A stretch of DNA of 64,000 nucleotides from Candidatus Zhuqueibacterota bacterium (GTDB lineage: Bacteria > Zhuqueibacterota > Zhuqueibacteria > Residuimicrobiales > Krinioviventaceae). Numbering within the stretch: the stretch's first letter is position 1; every line of letters begins with the position of its first letter. Where the stretch lies: positions 23,349 to 87,348 of the forward strand of contig JAFGSB010000071.1 of NCBI GenBank assembly GCA_016934825.1. Direction: 5' to 3'. The notes below the pieces were generated by a model that saw nothing but the letters and a program-made list of their open reading frames with translations, was not told the DNA's origin and did not search any database. The translations under genes were made by a program, and so were the position numbers. Below, one piece after another: positions 49,799 to 61,100 of the stretch.

Positions 49799-50889
49799 AG
49801 TTCCGCGTATAAATGATGTAAAAACAGCCTGTTGTCTGCGGCGACATACCTGACGGTTCCACCCATTCTATGAAAAGATTTAAGAAACCGCAGATAGTAA
49901 TCGGGTGAGTTTTTAGGCGGTTCGCCTTTTTCCCAATCCCAAGCCGATTCCTGCAAATCATCTATTAAAATAAAATGATCGGAAATTTTTTCACCTTTGC
50001 GTAACAATATATTATTCGCAAAGGACACGGCTTTTTCAAATATTTGCGGCGCCATAATGGCCGATCCGATTGAAAGAAAAACACCCCTGGACAGTTGAAG
50101 AATCGAATTGACAAAGATTCCGTAATCAATGTGCGCCCCTCTTCCCAGGGCGGCCCCGTTGGCGTAAGGATTGTTATAAATAATATCATAACCGATACCC
50201 GGATGCACCGTCACCGGTATTCTCAATCTGTAAGCATTGCCGAAAATAGAATATTGTTTAAATGGATGCCTGATAGTCATAAAACCGGGAGTTAGTTTAA
50301 ATATTTGGATGGTATTCAGAAATTCGGCCCACGCCGGCAACAACTCGTCCGGCCGATCAAATCCTGTATTGATCCGGTCTTTTATCTGTTGAGGTGAAGG
50401 TATTCCAAAGCCGTCATTTTCTATACACGCTCCGACTGATTCACCGTAACCCATGCCTTTTAAAACACCGGCCTGTACTGCAAGGTTAATGACTTTGCCG
50501 GTTTCCTCCCATGTTCCAAAAGTACCGGTTGCTGTGTTTTCTCTGACATCTTCTTCGGATTCACCCTGGAAAGCAAATTCCCAGTCGTGTATGCTGCCGG
50601 CTCCCTGTGTGGCGAGGTGGGTGATCCACCCATGTTCCATAAGTTTGATCAGCAGGGGCGCCGCGCCGTTTTTTACAAGATGCGCGCCAAAGGCGAGAAC
50701 GACCGATGCCCCGGATTCCCTGGCATGTTTTATCCTGGCAACTGTTTTTTGTATGGTTTCCGCTATCTCAGGGGCAGAGGGAGGCGGTTCATCGGGATCG
50801 ATTGCAATATTATTTATTTTAGATTTGCTTTTGCGGGTAGCGAGCGGATATACTTTTATTTGATCCGGTTTTATTTGTGGATAGGGCAT
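49774..50889 (-). CDS. Deoxyhypusine synthase-like fold protein (tentative)
   Basis: LIKLMEHGWITHLATQGAGSIHDWEFAF resembles the DHS signature (Lv-eh-lvD-ivtTaGgiEeDlik). Otherwise unassigned. Confidence 0.35.
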   Translation of the reverse strand: MPYPQIKPDQIKVYPLATRKSKSKINNIAIDPDEPPPSAPEIAETIQKTVARIKHARESGASVVLAFGAHLVKNGAAPLLIKLMEHGWITHLATQGAGSIHDWEFAFQGESEEDVRENTATGTFGTWEETGKVINLAVQAGVLKGMGYGESVGACIENDGFGIPSPQQIKDRINTGFDRPDELLPAWAEFLNTIQIFKLTPGFMTIRHPFKQYSIFGNAYRLRIPVTVHPGIGYDIIYNNPYANGAALGRGAHIDYGIFVNSILQLSRGVFLSIGSAIMAPQIFEKAVSFANNILLRKGEKISDHFILIDDLQESAWDWEKGEPPKNSPDYYLRFLKSFHRMGGTVRYVAADNRLFLHHLYAELKKVPHYN

Positions 50890-51145
50890 ATTTCACTCAA
50901 AATTTATTTGATAATTTTTACAGTAAAAGATCACAGGTGCCCGGTTAACGGGCTATTGTATCAAAAGATAATAATTTATATGATAGAATCAAAGCGGATC
51001 ATGATATGATAAAAAATTAATTTTTTTAATTTTATTTGATGTTTTAAGATTTTTTTCTAAGTTTATTGCTGAGTAATGTATTAATTTGAAAATATTTACA
51101 TTATTGTTGTAAACTTTTTTTTATAAAATATATTAATCGGGAGTA

Positions 51146-51460
51146 ATGATGGTAAAGCACATTGTATTGTGGAAATTAAAAGACACGGCCGAAGGCAGGT
51201 CTGCTCAGGAAAACGCTCTGATATTAAAGCGGGACCTGGAATCTCTGCAAAAAAAAATTAAAGAAATTGTTTTTCTTGAAGTGGGGCTAAATTTTAACAG
51301 TTCCGAGGCCGCCTATGATGTGGCCCTTTATTCCGAATTCAAATCAAAACAGGATTTGCAGGCGTACCAAAAACATCCCGAGCATGTCAAAGTGGCGGAA
51401 CTTGTCAATAAAGTTCGTGAGAAACGCGTCGTTGTTGATTATGAAAATGAATGTGATTAG
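51146..51460 (+). CDS. Dabb (stress-responsive A/B barrel) family protein
   Basis: 104 aa. MVKHIVLWKLKD start and the fold pattern are typical of Dabb proteins. Confidence 0.65.
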   Translation: MMVKHIVLWKLKDTAEGRSAQENALILKRDLESLQKKIKEIVFLEVGLNFNSSEAAYDVALYSEFKSKQDLQAYQKHPEHVKVAELVNKVREKRVVVDYENECD

Positions 51461-51512
51461 AGAATTTTATGTATTGCTGGTTTTAATAAACTAATAATAA
51501 AGGAGTAAGGAC

Positions 51513-52319
51513 GTGTTAAAAATTATCCAGGTCGATTCGTTTACATCTGAATTATTTAAAGGCAATCCTGCCGCAGTTTGTTTACTGGAAAAGCAAATGG
51601 ATGACGGCTGGATGCAAAAAATCGCCAAAGAAATGAATCTTTCGGAAACTGCTTTTTTGTTAAAAATTGAAGACGGCTATAAATTGCGCTGGTTCACGCC
51701 TGTTATGGAAGTCGATTTATGCGGACACGCGACATTGGCCGGGGCTCATGTTTTATTTGAGGAAGGCCTGTTGTCGCCGGAGCAGCAGGGCCGTTTCCAT
51801 ACCAGAAGCGGTTTGTTGACTGTTATCAAAAAAGGAGACTGGCTGGAAATGGATTTTCCCGCCGAGACAGTAAAACCGGTTGAAGTGCCGCCCGTTTTGC
51901 TGGAAGCGGTCGGCACGCGTCCTGTTTATACCGGACAATGTAAAACGGGCCATTTTTTTAAATATGAATCGGAAAAATATGTGCGGGATCTCAAACCAAA
52001 TTTTCATTTACTCAGGGAGATGCCTGTTCAGGGAATAATCGTCACTGCAAAATCCGACAGCGGTGAATATGACTTTGTATCCCGGTTTTTTGCGCCCAAT
52101 TTGGGAATTAATGAAGATCCGGTTACCGGTTCAGCTCATTGCAGTCTGGGCCCGTATTGGCAGAAGGAATTGGGCAAGCCGGATTTTTTGGCTTACCAGG
52201 CGTCCGAACGGGGCGGGGTAATTAAAGTAAGAGTCCGCGGCGACCGTGTCAGGATCGGCGGACAGGCGGTCACGCTTTTTAAGGGTTTTTTGGAAAACAA
52301 CAAGTTGACAACACTCTAA
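51513..52319 (+). CDS. PhzF family isomerase-like protein
   Basis: SFTSELFKGNPAAV...LSETAFL N-terminal motif and a second-half GSAHC motif. Confidence 0.8.
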   Translation: MLKIIQVDSFTSELFKGNPAAVCLLEKQMDDGWMQKIAKEMNLSETAFLLKIEDGYKLRWFTPVMEVDLCGHATLAGAHVLFEEGLLSPEQQGRFHTRSGLLTVIKKGDWLEMDFPAETVKPVEVPPVLLEAVGTRPVYTGQCKTGHFFKYESEKYVRDLKPNFHLLREMPVQGIIVTAKSDSGEYDFVSRFFAPNLGINEDPVTGSAHCSLGPYWQKELGKPDFLAYQASERGGVIKVRVRGDRVRIGGQAVTLFKGFLENNKLTTL

Positions 52320-52333
52320 CAGGACTGATTATT

Positions 52334-54130
52334 TTGAATAAATTCCCCTTTGTTTTTTTTGTTTTGCTGTTTTATTGCCCGTTTGTTTCTGCACAATCTG
52401 CGGTTGATTACGAATTTGATCCGATTATTGTAACGGCAAGCCGCTTCCCGACTACTTTTTCTCATCTGGCCAGGAATGTATCAATAATTGATTCGGAACA
52501 AATAAAAACGGCGCCGGTGTTTAGTATTCAGGACCTGTTATCCTATGCCGGCAGCGTTGAGTTGAACAGAAGGGCGCCGCATGGTATTCAGGCCGAAGCG
52601 GGCATACGCGGCGGTTCGTTCGAGGAAACGCTCGTTCTTATAGACGGCATCAAGATAAACAATCCGCAAACCGCGCATCATAACTTTGATTTTCCCGTCG
52701 AAATAGGAGATGTGGAAAGAATTGAAATATTACACGGACACGGCTCCGGCATCTACGGGGCAGACGCGCTGACAGGCGTTATCAATATCATCACCAAAAA
52801 AAAATTACTGAACTCCATTAATATTTACGGCGGTGATTATAAACTTGCCGGGGGATATTTATCGCTGGGAAAGCAGACCGGGAAACTGCAGAATAATATT
52901 TCCATTCATTCAAGCCGGTCGGCCGGGTACAACTACAATACGGATTTTGAGGCTGTGAATTTATTCGTTTCCTCATCCTTTCACACGGAAAATACCCGGA
53001 TCAATTTCAAAGCCGGTTATAACGACAAAGATTTTGGAGCGAACAACTTTTATTCATCCTCTTACCCCGATGAACGAGAACATACAAAAACAATCCTCTC
53101 GGCGCTCAAAGCTGAATTTTTTAACGGCAGGTATTCCCTGGCGCCTCAAATATCGTGGATAAATCACAAGGATGATTTTTTCCTCGATTATAATCGTCCC
53201 GCCTGGTTCAGGAATATACATACCAGCAATAGTTATGGTTTGGAATTCCCCTTTACAACCGAGTCAAAACTGGGTCTTTTTTCTTTTGGCGGGAAATATG
53301 AATATGAAACGCTGCAAAGTACCAACCTGGGAAATCATGAAAGAAAACAGGGCGGAGTGTTTTTTGATTATCAAAAAATTTTTCATAACCGAATTATTAT
53401 TAATACGGCTTCACACCTGTTTTATTATTCCAAATGGGGATGGAAGTTCTGGCCGGGGATAGATATTGCGTACAGAGTGAATGAAAAAATAAAGTTGTAC
53501 AGTTCGGCCGGACGTTCATTTCGAATGCCTTCCTTTACCGAATTGTATTACACAAGCCCGGCCAACATGGGTAATCCGGATTTGATCTATAGCCGGGCTG
53601 TATCGATTGAAACGGGAACAAGCCGGCAAACCAGACACACATATACCAATATCAGTCTGTTTTACCGTAACGGTATTAATATGATTGACTGGGCCAGGAA
53701 AAATGATTCGGAACCCTGGCAGGTCATGAATGTGACCAGACTTAAAACCCGTGGGTTGGAGTTTATGTATCGATATGCACCGGAGTTGAATTATTTATCG
53801 CATGTTCAGTTAGATTTTACATATCTGGATTCGGAAAAGAATACTGAGGCTTTTCAATCCAAATATTTGTTAAATTATATAAACTACCAGGTAAATTTCA
53901 GTCTTGTTCACAGGTTGCCCTTTGGAATGACGGCAAGCTGGAAATTGAAACATGTTAAATATCAAAGTAATAATAAATATTTGTTAAACGATATTGCCTT
54001 GTACAGAAATATAAAGAGGGGCACTTACTATATTAAAATTACCAATTTGTTCAATACCGATTATTATGAGGTTAAAGACGTTGTTTTGCCCGGCAGATGG
54101 TTTTCAGCCGGTATACAACAGAATTTTTAA
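52334..54130 (+). CDS. TonB-dependent receptor (small, BtuB/CirA-like)
   Basis: TTG start. Signal peptide, plug domain (IIVTASRF...ETLVLIDGIKINNP), beta-barrel, and a C-terminal aromatic residue (QQNF*). Confidence 0.8.
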   Translation: MNKFPFVFFVLLFYCPFVSAQSAVDYEFDPIIVTASRFPTTFSHLARNVSIIDSEQIKTAPVFSIQDLLSYAGSVELNRRAPHGIQAEAGIRGGSFEETLVLIDGIKINNPQTAHHNFDFPVEIGDVERIEILHGHGSGIYGADALTGVINIITKKKLLNSINIYGGDYKLAGGYLSLGKQTGKLQNNISIHSSRSAGYNYNTDFEAVNLFVSSSFHTENTRINFKAGYNDKDFGANNFYSSSYPDEREHTKTILSALKAEFFNGRYSLAPQISWINHKDDFFLDYNRPAWFRNIHTSNSYGLEFPFTTESKLGLFSFGGKYEYETLQSTNLGNHERKQGGVFFDYQKIFHNRIIINTASHLFYYSKWGWKFWPGIDIAYRVNEKIKLYSSAGRSFRMPSFTELYYTSPANMGNPDLIYSRAVSIETGTSRQTRHTYTNISLFYRNGINMIDWARKNDSEPWQVMNVTRLKTRGLEFMYRYAPELNYLSHVQLDFTYLDSEKNTEAFQSKYLLNYINYQVNFSLVHRLPFGMTASWKLKHVKYQSNNKYLLNDIALYRNIKRGTYYIKITNLFNTDYYEVKDVVLPGRWFSAGIQQNF

Positions 54131-54177
54131 TACATTTTCACCGGCGTCCGGTTTGAACCGAACACCTGTGGAACGAT

Positions 54178-56292
54178 TTAATTGGAACCATCATTATCCA
54201 GGTATTTGCGGATTGCCAAGGCGATCGTAGTCATTGTTAACGGCTTTAAAATCATATCTTTTATCCCTATCTCTATTGCTTTTTCGTGAGAAATTGTTTC
54301 GCTATAACCTGTGCACAGGATAATAGGGATGTCCGGTCTGATGGCGAGTATTTCTTTTGCCAGTTCAACACCGGTTATATTCGGCATGGTTTGGTCCGTT
54401 ATCACAAGATCATAAGAAGTGGAATTTTTCATAAATTCTTTGATCGTTTCAAGGCCATTTGTTTTTGTTGTCACTTTATAACCCAAATTTTCAAGAATTT
54501 GTCGATATAAATTAACAATATCTTTTTCATCGTCAACGAACAATATATGTTCATGTCCCTTGGGTAAAGGTGTGTATACTTTTTCCAGTGATTTTTTATT
54601 TTTAATATCTGTTCTCGGTAAATATACGTTAAATGTACTGCCTTTGCCGACCTGGCTTTCAACGGTGATTTTGCCGCCATGACTGATTACAATACCATGA
54701 ACGGCCGACAGCCCGAGACCGGTACCTTCACCCACTCTTTTGGTCGTGAAAAACGGTTCAAAGATGCGTTCCCTGGTTTTTTCATCCATTCCTTCCCCCG
54801 TATCTTTTACCGATAGCAGGATATAATTTTTCCCGTTTTGCAGACCCTTGGTCCGTATTGTTGTCTTTTCATCTATTGTCACGGGTTCGAGAGTTATTTC
54901 AAGTATTCCGCCTTTTACCCGCATGGCATGGTAAGCATTTGTGCACAGATTCATCAAAACCTGATGAATTTGAGTCGGATCAGCTAAAATGGAACCACAA
55001 TTTTTATCGATATTTTCCCTGATTTCTATTGTTGCAGGTAAGGATGAACGAAGCAGCTTGAGCGCTTCTTTTATCAGCAGGTGAATTTCAATATTTTCGA
55101 AACTATGTTTATCATGTCTGCTGAATGTTAGAATCTGTTGTATAAGGTCTTTGGCCCGTTTTGACGCTTTTAATATTTTTTCCAGATTCGATTTGATTAT
55201 ATGATTGTCGTTCAATAATTCAAGGGACATTTCGGTATAGCCTATGATCGGGACGAGTATGTTGTTAAAGTCGTGGGCGATACCGCCCGCCAGGGTGCCG
55301 ATGGTCTCCATTTTTTGTGATTGTCTCAATTGGGCTTCAATTAAGGAACGTTTTTCTTCGGCAATAACCTGTCCGGTAATGTCAAGCACCGCTCCAATTG
55401 CTCCGTCATATTCATTTTTTTTGTCGAAACGGGGAGAGATGGTTACCCGCATATATTTTTTTTCACCACGCGGTGTGATATATAAAAGAACATATGATGA
55501 GATTTCTCCCTTTTTTCTTTTTTGTGTCTGTGCTAAAATTGTAGAATGTGTTTCTTTAGGGAAAAGTTCAAGAAGATTTTTACCCTTTAAATAATCCATA
55601 CTATATTCAAAAAGATCTGCAAAGGCTTTATTATAATATTCAATACTCTCATATTTGTCTACAATGCCTATCCCCTCCTGAACCCCTTGAAATATATCGT
55701 CAAGACATTGTTTTTGTTCCTTTAATTCTTCCTCAGTTCTTTTCCGTTTAATTATTTCTTTGTTCAGGTTTTCATTGATTTCTTCCAATTGAATATTTCG
55801 TTTTTTGATATTATAAAGATTGGTGAAATAGAGTATGTAAATGATCGCGATTAAAATGAATGTAGCAATCAACAAAATCCAGTTTTTAGTCCAATTTAGT
55901 GGCTGGATATTTAAGAGTAATGTGTTCCCTTTTTTGTTCCAGTCATTATTTTTATGCAGACCGGTCATTTTTAGGGAAAGTACTGTGCAAAGATTTGTGC
56001 TGAATGGAAATCCCGGGTTGTCAATATGTATGCTTTTCATATCCGGATTGCCTGATTTACAATCAATGCGGTTGAATCCGTTCATTAGCCCGGTCAACGA
56101 GTACATATTCAAGTCTGGAGCGGCAGAAAAAACTTTGAATTGCGGGAGGTTCATATTGAACGAAATTTTTCCAAAGTTAGTGTCCTGAGCATGTAACGTC
56201 GTGCAGATAAGACCAATTGGAAAAATTATTTTAATAATTTTATATTTTAATATTGCGGAAAAAGTAAATTTTGTCAATTGTATTATACTCAT
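54178..56292 (-). CDS. Hybrid sensor histidine kinase/response regulator (periplasmic sensor, PAS, HisKA, HATPase, REC)
   Basis: H-box IAHDFNNILVPIIGY, G-boxes (DTGEGM, GLGLS), and a C-terminal receiver (ILFVDDEKDIV...ITDQTMP). Confidence 0.85.
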   Translation of the reverse strand: MSIIQLTKFTFSAILKYKIIKIIFPIGLICTTLHAQDTNFGKISFNMNLPQFKVFSAAPDLNMYSLTGLMNGFNRIDCKSGNPDMKSIHIDNPGFPFSTNLCTVLSLKMTGLHKNNDWNKKGNTLLLNIQPLNWTKNWILLIATFILIAIIYILYFTNLYNIKKRNIQLEEINENLNKEIIKRKRTEEELKEQKQCLDDIFQGVQEGIGIVDKYESIEYYNKAFADLFEYSMDYLKGKNLLELFPKETHSTILAQTQKRKKGEISSYVLLYITPRGEKKYMRVTISPRFDKKNEYDGAIGAVLDITGQVIAEEKRSLIEAQLRQSQKMETIGTLAGGIAHDFNNILVPIIGYTEMSLELLNDNHIIKSNLEKILKASKRAKDLIQQILTFSRHDKHSFENIEIHLLIKEALKLLRSSLPATIEIRENIDKNCGSILADPTQIHQVLMNLCTNAYHAMRVKGGILEITLEPVTIDEKTTIRTKGLQNGKNYILLSVKDTGEGMDEKTRERIFEPFFTTKRVGEGTGLGLSAVHGIVISHGGKITVESQVGKGSTFNVYLPRTDIKNKKSLEKVYTPLPKGHEHILFVDDEKDIVNLYRQILENLGYKVTTKTNGLETIKEFMKNSTSYDLVITDQTMPNITGVELAKEILAIRPDIPIILCTGYSETISHEKAIEIGIKDMILKPLTMTTIALAIRKYLDNDGSN

Positions 56293-56976
56293 ATTTTTGT
56301 TAGAGTTCGGTTAAGCCGGATACATTACCGAAATTTTTGATGTTGTTATTAAAGGGGTGTAAATTGATATCTGGCTTTTATTGCACAAAGTATTTTATGA
56401 TATAATATTAATTATATTAAAAATTTTATCTTAATCGGTTAAATATATCTATTAATCGTGTATCAGTGATCATATAAGTAAAAATTACCATTTGTTATCA
56501 TTTTATTTATTTGAATGATTTTTTTTAAAATGAATAAAATGAATCAATCCTTTTATTTTAAACAAGTTATGCAACCATTAACATGAATTTTAGTTGTTAA
56601 TTTATAAATAACAAAAATTTAGTTGCAAAATTTATTCCATTGAAATTTTATTTTCAAAGTGTAAAATTATTATATTTACCTGCCATCTCGGTTAATGGTT
56701 GACATTATTTCAACTTTTTTTCAAACTACTAAAAAGAATTGTAATAGTTTTTTAAAACTTGCTTTTATGAGTTGGTAACATTATAATAATTCAGTATTTT
56801 TTCAGTAAGAGGAAAACGCTGTCGGAATGGAAATGAAACGGAGAATTTTGAGAAATTCCTGAATCGACTGCAGAGTTGAAGAGATTACAGAAAACCGGCG
56901 GGGAATTAGTTACGGTTGATTATCATATTCATAAAGGTTTGTGAATAATCTGTTTTGAGTAGAAAGGAAGATTGTC

Positions 56977-57801
56977 ATGAAAAAGGTTGGGCTTGCATTG
57001 GGAGGCGGCGGTGCGAGAGGTTTTTGTCATATTGCTTTTCTGGAAGCCCTGGATGAAATGGGGATAAAACCCTCAATCATTTCCGGGACGAGTATTGGAG
57101 CGATAATCGGCGGTTTTTATGCCGCGGGGTATTCCGGCGCGGAGATAAGAGCAATTTGTGATAAAATAGATATCTGGGACATAAATAAAATGCTCGATTT
57201 CAAGTTGTTCGGGGACGCGATGTTCAAGGGAAAAGGCGTAAAAAAATTTTTTGATCAGTTCATCAAGATAAAAAATTTTGAAGAACTGGATATCCCTCTG
57301 TACGTTGTTGCTACCGATTTTTGGCACCATGAGGAAGTTATTTTTAAAAGCGGTGAACTGATGCCGGCAATCAGGGCGAGTATGTCCATACCGGCTATTT
57401 TTGAACCGGTGGTGTTTGATAACAAGGTCCTCATTGACGGCGGGGCCGTTAATCCGTTGCCTTATGATATTATCCGGAAAGAATGTGATATTCTGATTGC
57501 TATAGATGTTTCCGGAAGACCGAAAATCAGGAGACAAACACAAATGCCGTCCATGTTTGAAAGTGTGATGAACACATTTCAGATCATGCAGGATTCTATA
57601 CTTAAAACAAAAAGAAAAATTTCAGATATTGATGTGTATGTAAAACCCGATCTGGTCGGCGTCGGCATCCTGGAATTTTTCCGCTACAAGGAAATTATTA
57701 ACGGGGTAACAAAAGATGTCGAAAAGTTTAAATCTGATTTAACCGAGGCGCTTAACAAGGGCCCGTTTGCTTTTTTGAACAAACTAACAACCAACAAATG
57801 A
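56977..57801 (+). CDS. Patatin-like phospholipase
   Basis: GGGARG oxyanion motif, GTSIGA (GxSxG), and a DGG catalytic Asp motif. Confidence 0.85.
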   Translation: MKKVGLALGGGGARGFCHIAFLEALDEMGIKPSIISGTSIGAIIGGFYAAGYSGAEIRAICDKIDIWDINKMLDFKLFGDAMFKGKGVKKFFDQFIKIKNFEELDIPLYVVATDFWHHEEVIFKSGELMPAIRASMSIPAIFEPVVFDNKVLIDGGAVNPLPYDIIRKECDILIAIDVSGRPKIRRQTQMPSMFESVMNTFQIMQDSILKTKRKISDIDVYVKPDLVGVGILEFFRYKEIINGVTKDVEKFKSDLTEALNKGPFAFLNKLTTNK

Positions 57802-58124
57802 TATGGACGCAAAGTTTCAGTATTTTAGACTGATTGATATTCACGTGCGCCCGATTTAAAACGGACCTGCCGCCTTAAATTTTTCCGCAGGATGTTTGTT
57901 ACGCAAGTAAATCAATTTATAATTCTGCACAAATAATTAAAGTCATATAAAAGTGTTCTTTTTACGCATACCATTAATGAATAATGACAGGGTATAAAAT
58001 TTGCATTTCAGTTTTGTCAAAATCATGAAATCACTTGATAACCGGTAGATAAAGGTGTTTGCTGAAATTACAATTGAGTAACGAAAACATTACCCGGCTT
58101 AAAGATAAGAACGCGGAGAAATCC

Positions 58125-61100
58125 ATGTGTAAACGCGGTATACTAATATTTTTTCTAATGTATTTGTTTTGTTCAAATATTCCTGAACCAGCAGTTGGAT
58201 CGGAATCAACCCATACATCCGCATCCGTCGTGAATTTATCGGCAGGAGAGCAATCTGGAGTGCAATCCCTGAACGGTCCGGGTCATTCGGTAATATCCGA
58301 CCTGCCCGTGATCAGTAACTTTACCGCCGACGACACATCGGGAAACGTTCCGTTTACCGTACATTTTACCAACCTGTCCTCGGGCAGTGTGCAGGAATGG
58401 GAGTGGGATTTTGGCGACGGCTCCTTTAAAGCAGATGTACCAAATCCGGCGCACGTGTATACAAAGGCGGGTTATTATACCGTGTCCCTCAAAGTCTCAG
58501 ATCCGTCCAGCCATAATACAAATACAAAAACAAATTATATCCATGTTAGGGCAAGAGAGAATGTTCCCATTCCGCCCAAATGGGCTTTTGAACCCTGGGT
58601 GTGGGAAGACGGTAATAATAACGGCGCCTATTTGTTGTCCCTGATACAGGGTTATCTGGACAGAGATATACCCGTCGGCGTAGTCAATATCGACAGTCCC
58701 TGGGAAACGGCGTACAATACTTTTGTATTCAATCCCGACACCTATCCGAACGCCCGGGATATGATTGACGATTTTCATGACAAAAAAATCAAGGTCATTG
58801 TCTGGATCACCTCGCTGATCAATGCCCGCTCGGAAAACGATCCTGCCACAGGTAAGGCGCCCACGTATGATTATGCCAAAAACATGGATTATTTTATCAA
58901 CAATGGTCAAACATACCTGTGGTGGAAAGGCTGGGGAAGTTTTATCGATTACACAAACCCGGACGCGTTGAACTGGTGGCATGGTCAGATGCACCAGGTC
59001 CTGAATATGGGAATTGACGGCTGGAAAACGGATGCGGGAAGCAGGCTGTTCCCGGATACGACAAAATGTTATAACGGTACAATCACAAAAAAAGAATACA
59101 GCCATTTGTATTACCAGGATTTTTTCGAGTATACAAGAAAAGTTCGGGGTGACAGTATTATTCTTTTTTCCAAGCCTTTTGATGAAAAACCGGCTGATTC
59201 GACATATGTTCCAGTAAATTATACACCAACCGCGTTTGTTGGCGATCAGTTACACGACTGGAGCAATAAAGGCCTGTTAAACGCGTTGCAGAATGTTTTT
59301 CTGACCGCACAGCGAAATTATGTTGCGGCGGGATCGGACATCGGCGGCTTTACCGGTGATATGGATATGGAAAAAAATCTGTTGATCCGCTGGGCGCAGT
59401 TCGGCGCATTATGCCCGATCATGGAAAACGGCGGTCACGGAGAGCACCGTCCCTGGATGTTTGATGAACAAACCGTAAATATATACAGATACTTTGCCAA
59501 ACTGCACAGCCAGCTTGTCCCGTATTTATACTCATACGGTGTCAGGACCCATAATGGTGAGGCGGGGATTTTACGGCCGGAACCCGGCGCCTGGCAGTAC
59601 CGGCTGGGTGAAGAAATTTTTGTTTCTGTAATATATCAGGATGTGAGCGCCAGGGACATTACCTTGCCCGCCGGCGAGAGCTGGATCGATTATTGGGACG
59701 ACGATATCCGTTACCCCGCGGGAGCCACATTACCCAATTACGATTGCCCGATTTATAAATATCCTATCTTTATTAAAGACGGCGCGATTATCCCCATGAC
59801 TGTTAAGGATGACGTTACCGGGCATGGCTCCGCATTATCGGCAGGCAGATTAACGGTAATTGTTTATCCTTCCGATTCATCCGTGTTTACATTTTATGAT
59901 GACGACGAGACCACGGACTTTCAATGCACATCCACATCGGACATTGTTAGTTTGAATGTATCGCCATCCACAGAAGATTATATTTTCAGAGTAAAATACA
60001 GGATCCGCCCGGCGCAGATCACGCTGAACAAGGCCGTATTGACCGGTTATACTTCCTTTGCGGAATTTGAAAAATTCGCAACCGGATGGTATTATGATCC
60101 CGAACAAAAATACGCCTGGATCAGGTTCAGCACGCTGAACACTGCGGCCAACATCGTGATTACTCCCCGGACCACGGCTGATTTTACGGCGTTTCCCGTT
60201 TCCGGAGAAGCGCCGTTAACAGTCCGATTCACGGATCAATCAATCGCCGCCAGTACCCGGGAATGGGATTTTGGAGACGGCTCTTCCTTGTCCGGTGAAC
60301 AAAATCCGCAGCATACGTATACGGATCCCGGATATTATAATGTCAAATTAACGGTCACGGGACCGGCCAACATCGATTCACTTGTAAAGCCGAATTATAT
60401 TCACGTCGGCAGCGAAACATTCTCTTTTACGGATATCACCGCGTCGGCGGGATGTTTGGTGACCGCCCCCGGATACGGGCAGGGCGTCGTTTTTACCGAT
60501 GTGAACATGGACGGTAAGGTGGATTTGTTCGTCGCCAATGCCGGTAACAGTTACCTATATGATTTTTTATATATCAACAAGGGAGCAAACCAATTTCAGG
60601 AATCGGCTGTCTCACAGGGGTTTACCGAAAAAGGTCATTCTTTTACCATGTTGAGCGCGGATTTCGACAACGACGGAGATTTGGACGCCTTTTTGACAAG
60701 AGAACCGGTAGGCAGCAACCGAACTGTGGGTATGAATAAAATATACCGGAATGACGGCGGCTTTTTCAGCGATGTTACCGCCGAGACAGGTATATCACGG
60801 GAATATAACTACAGCCGGGGCGCGGTGGCGGCGGATTTTAATAACGATGGCTGGCTTGATTTGTACGTCGTAAACAGCGCGGCCCGAAACGCCATGTATC
60901 TGAACGACGGGACGGGGGAAATGGTCCGCTTTCATAGCGCCGCGGACGGGCCGTCCGGCGATGATTCTCAAAAATGGGGGGTAACATCCGCGGATATCGA
61001 TCAGGACGGGGACATTGATATTTACGTTTGCCGGAATGAAACGCCGAACTGGTTATTCATCAATGACGGGCAGGGTATTTTTACCGAGGAAGCGACCCCG

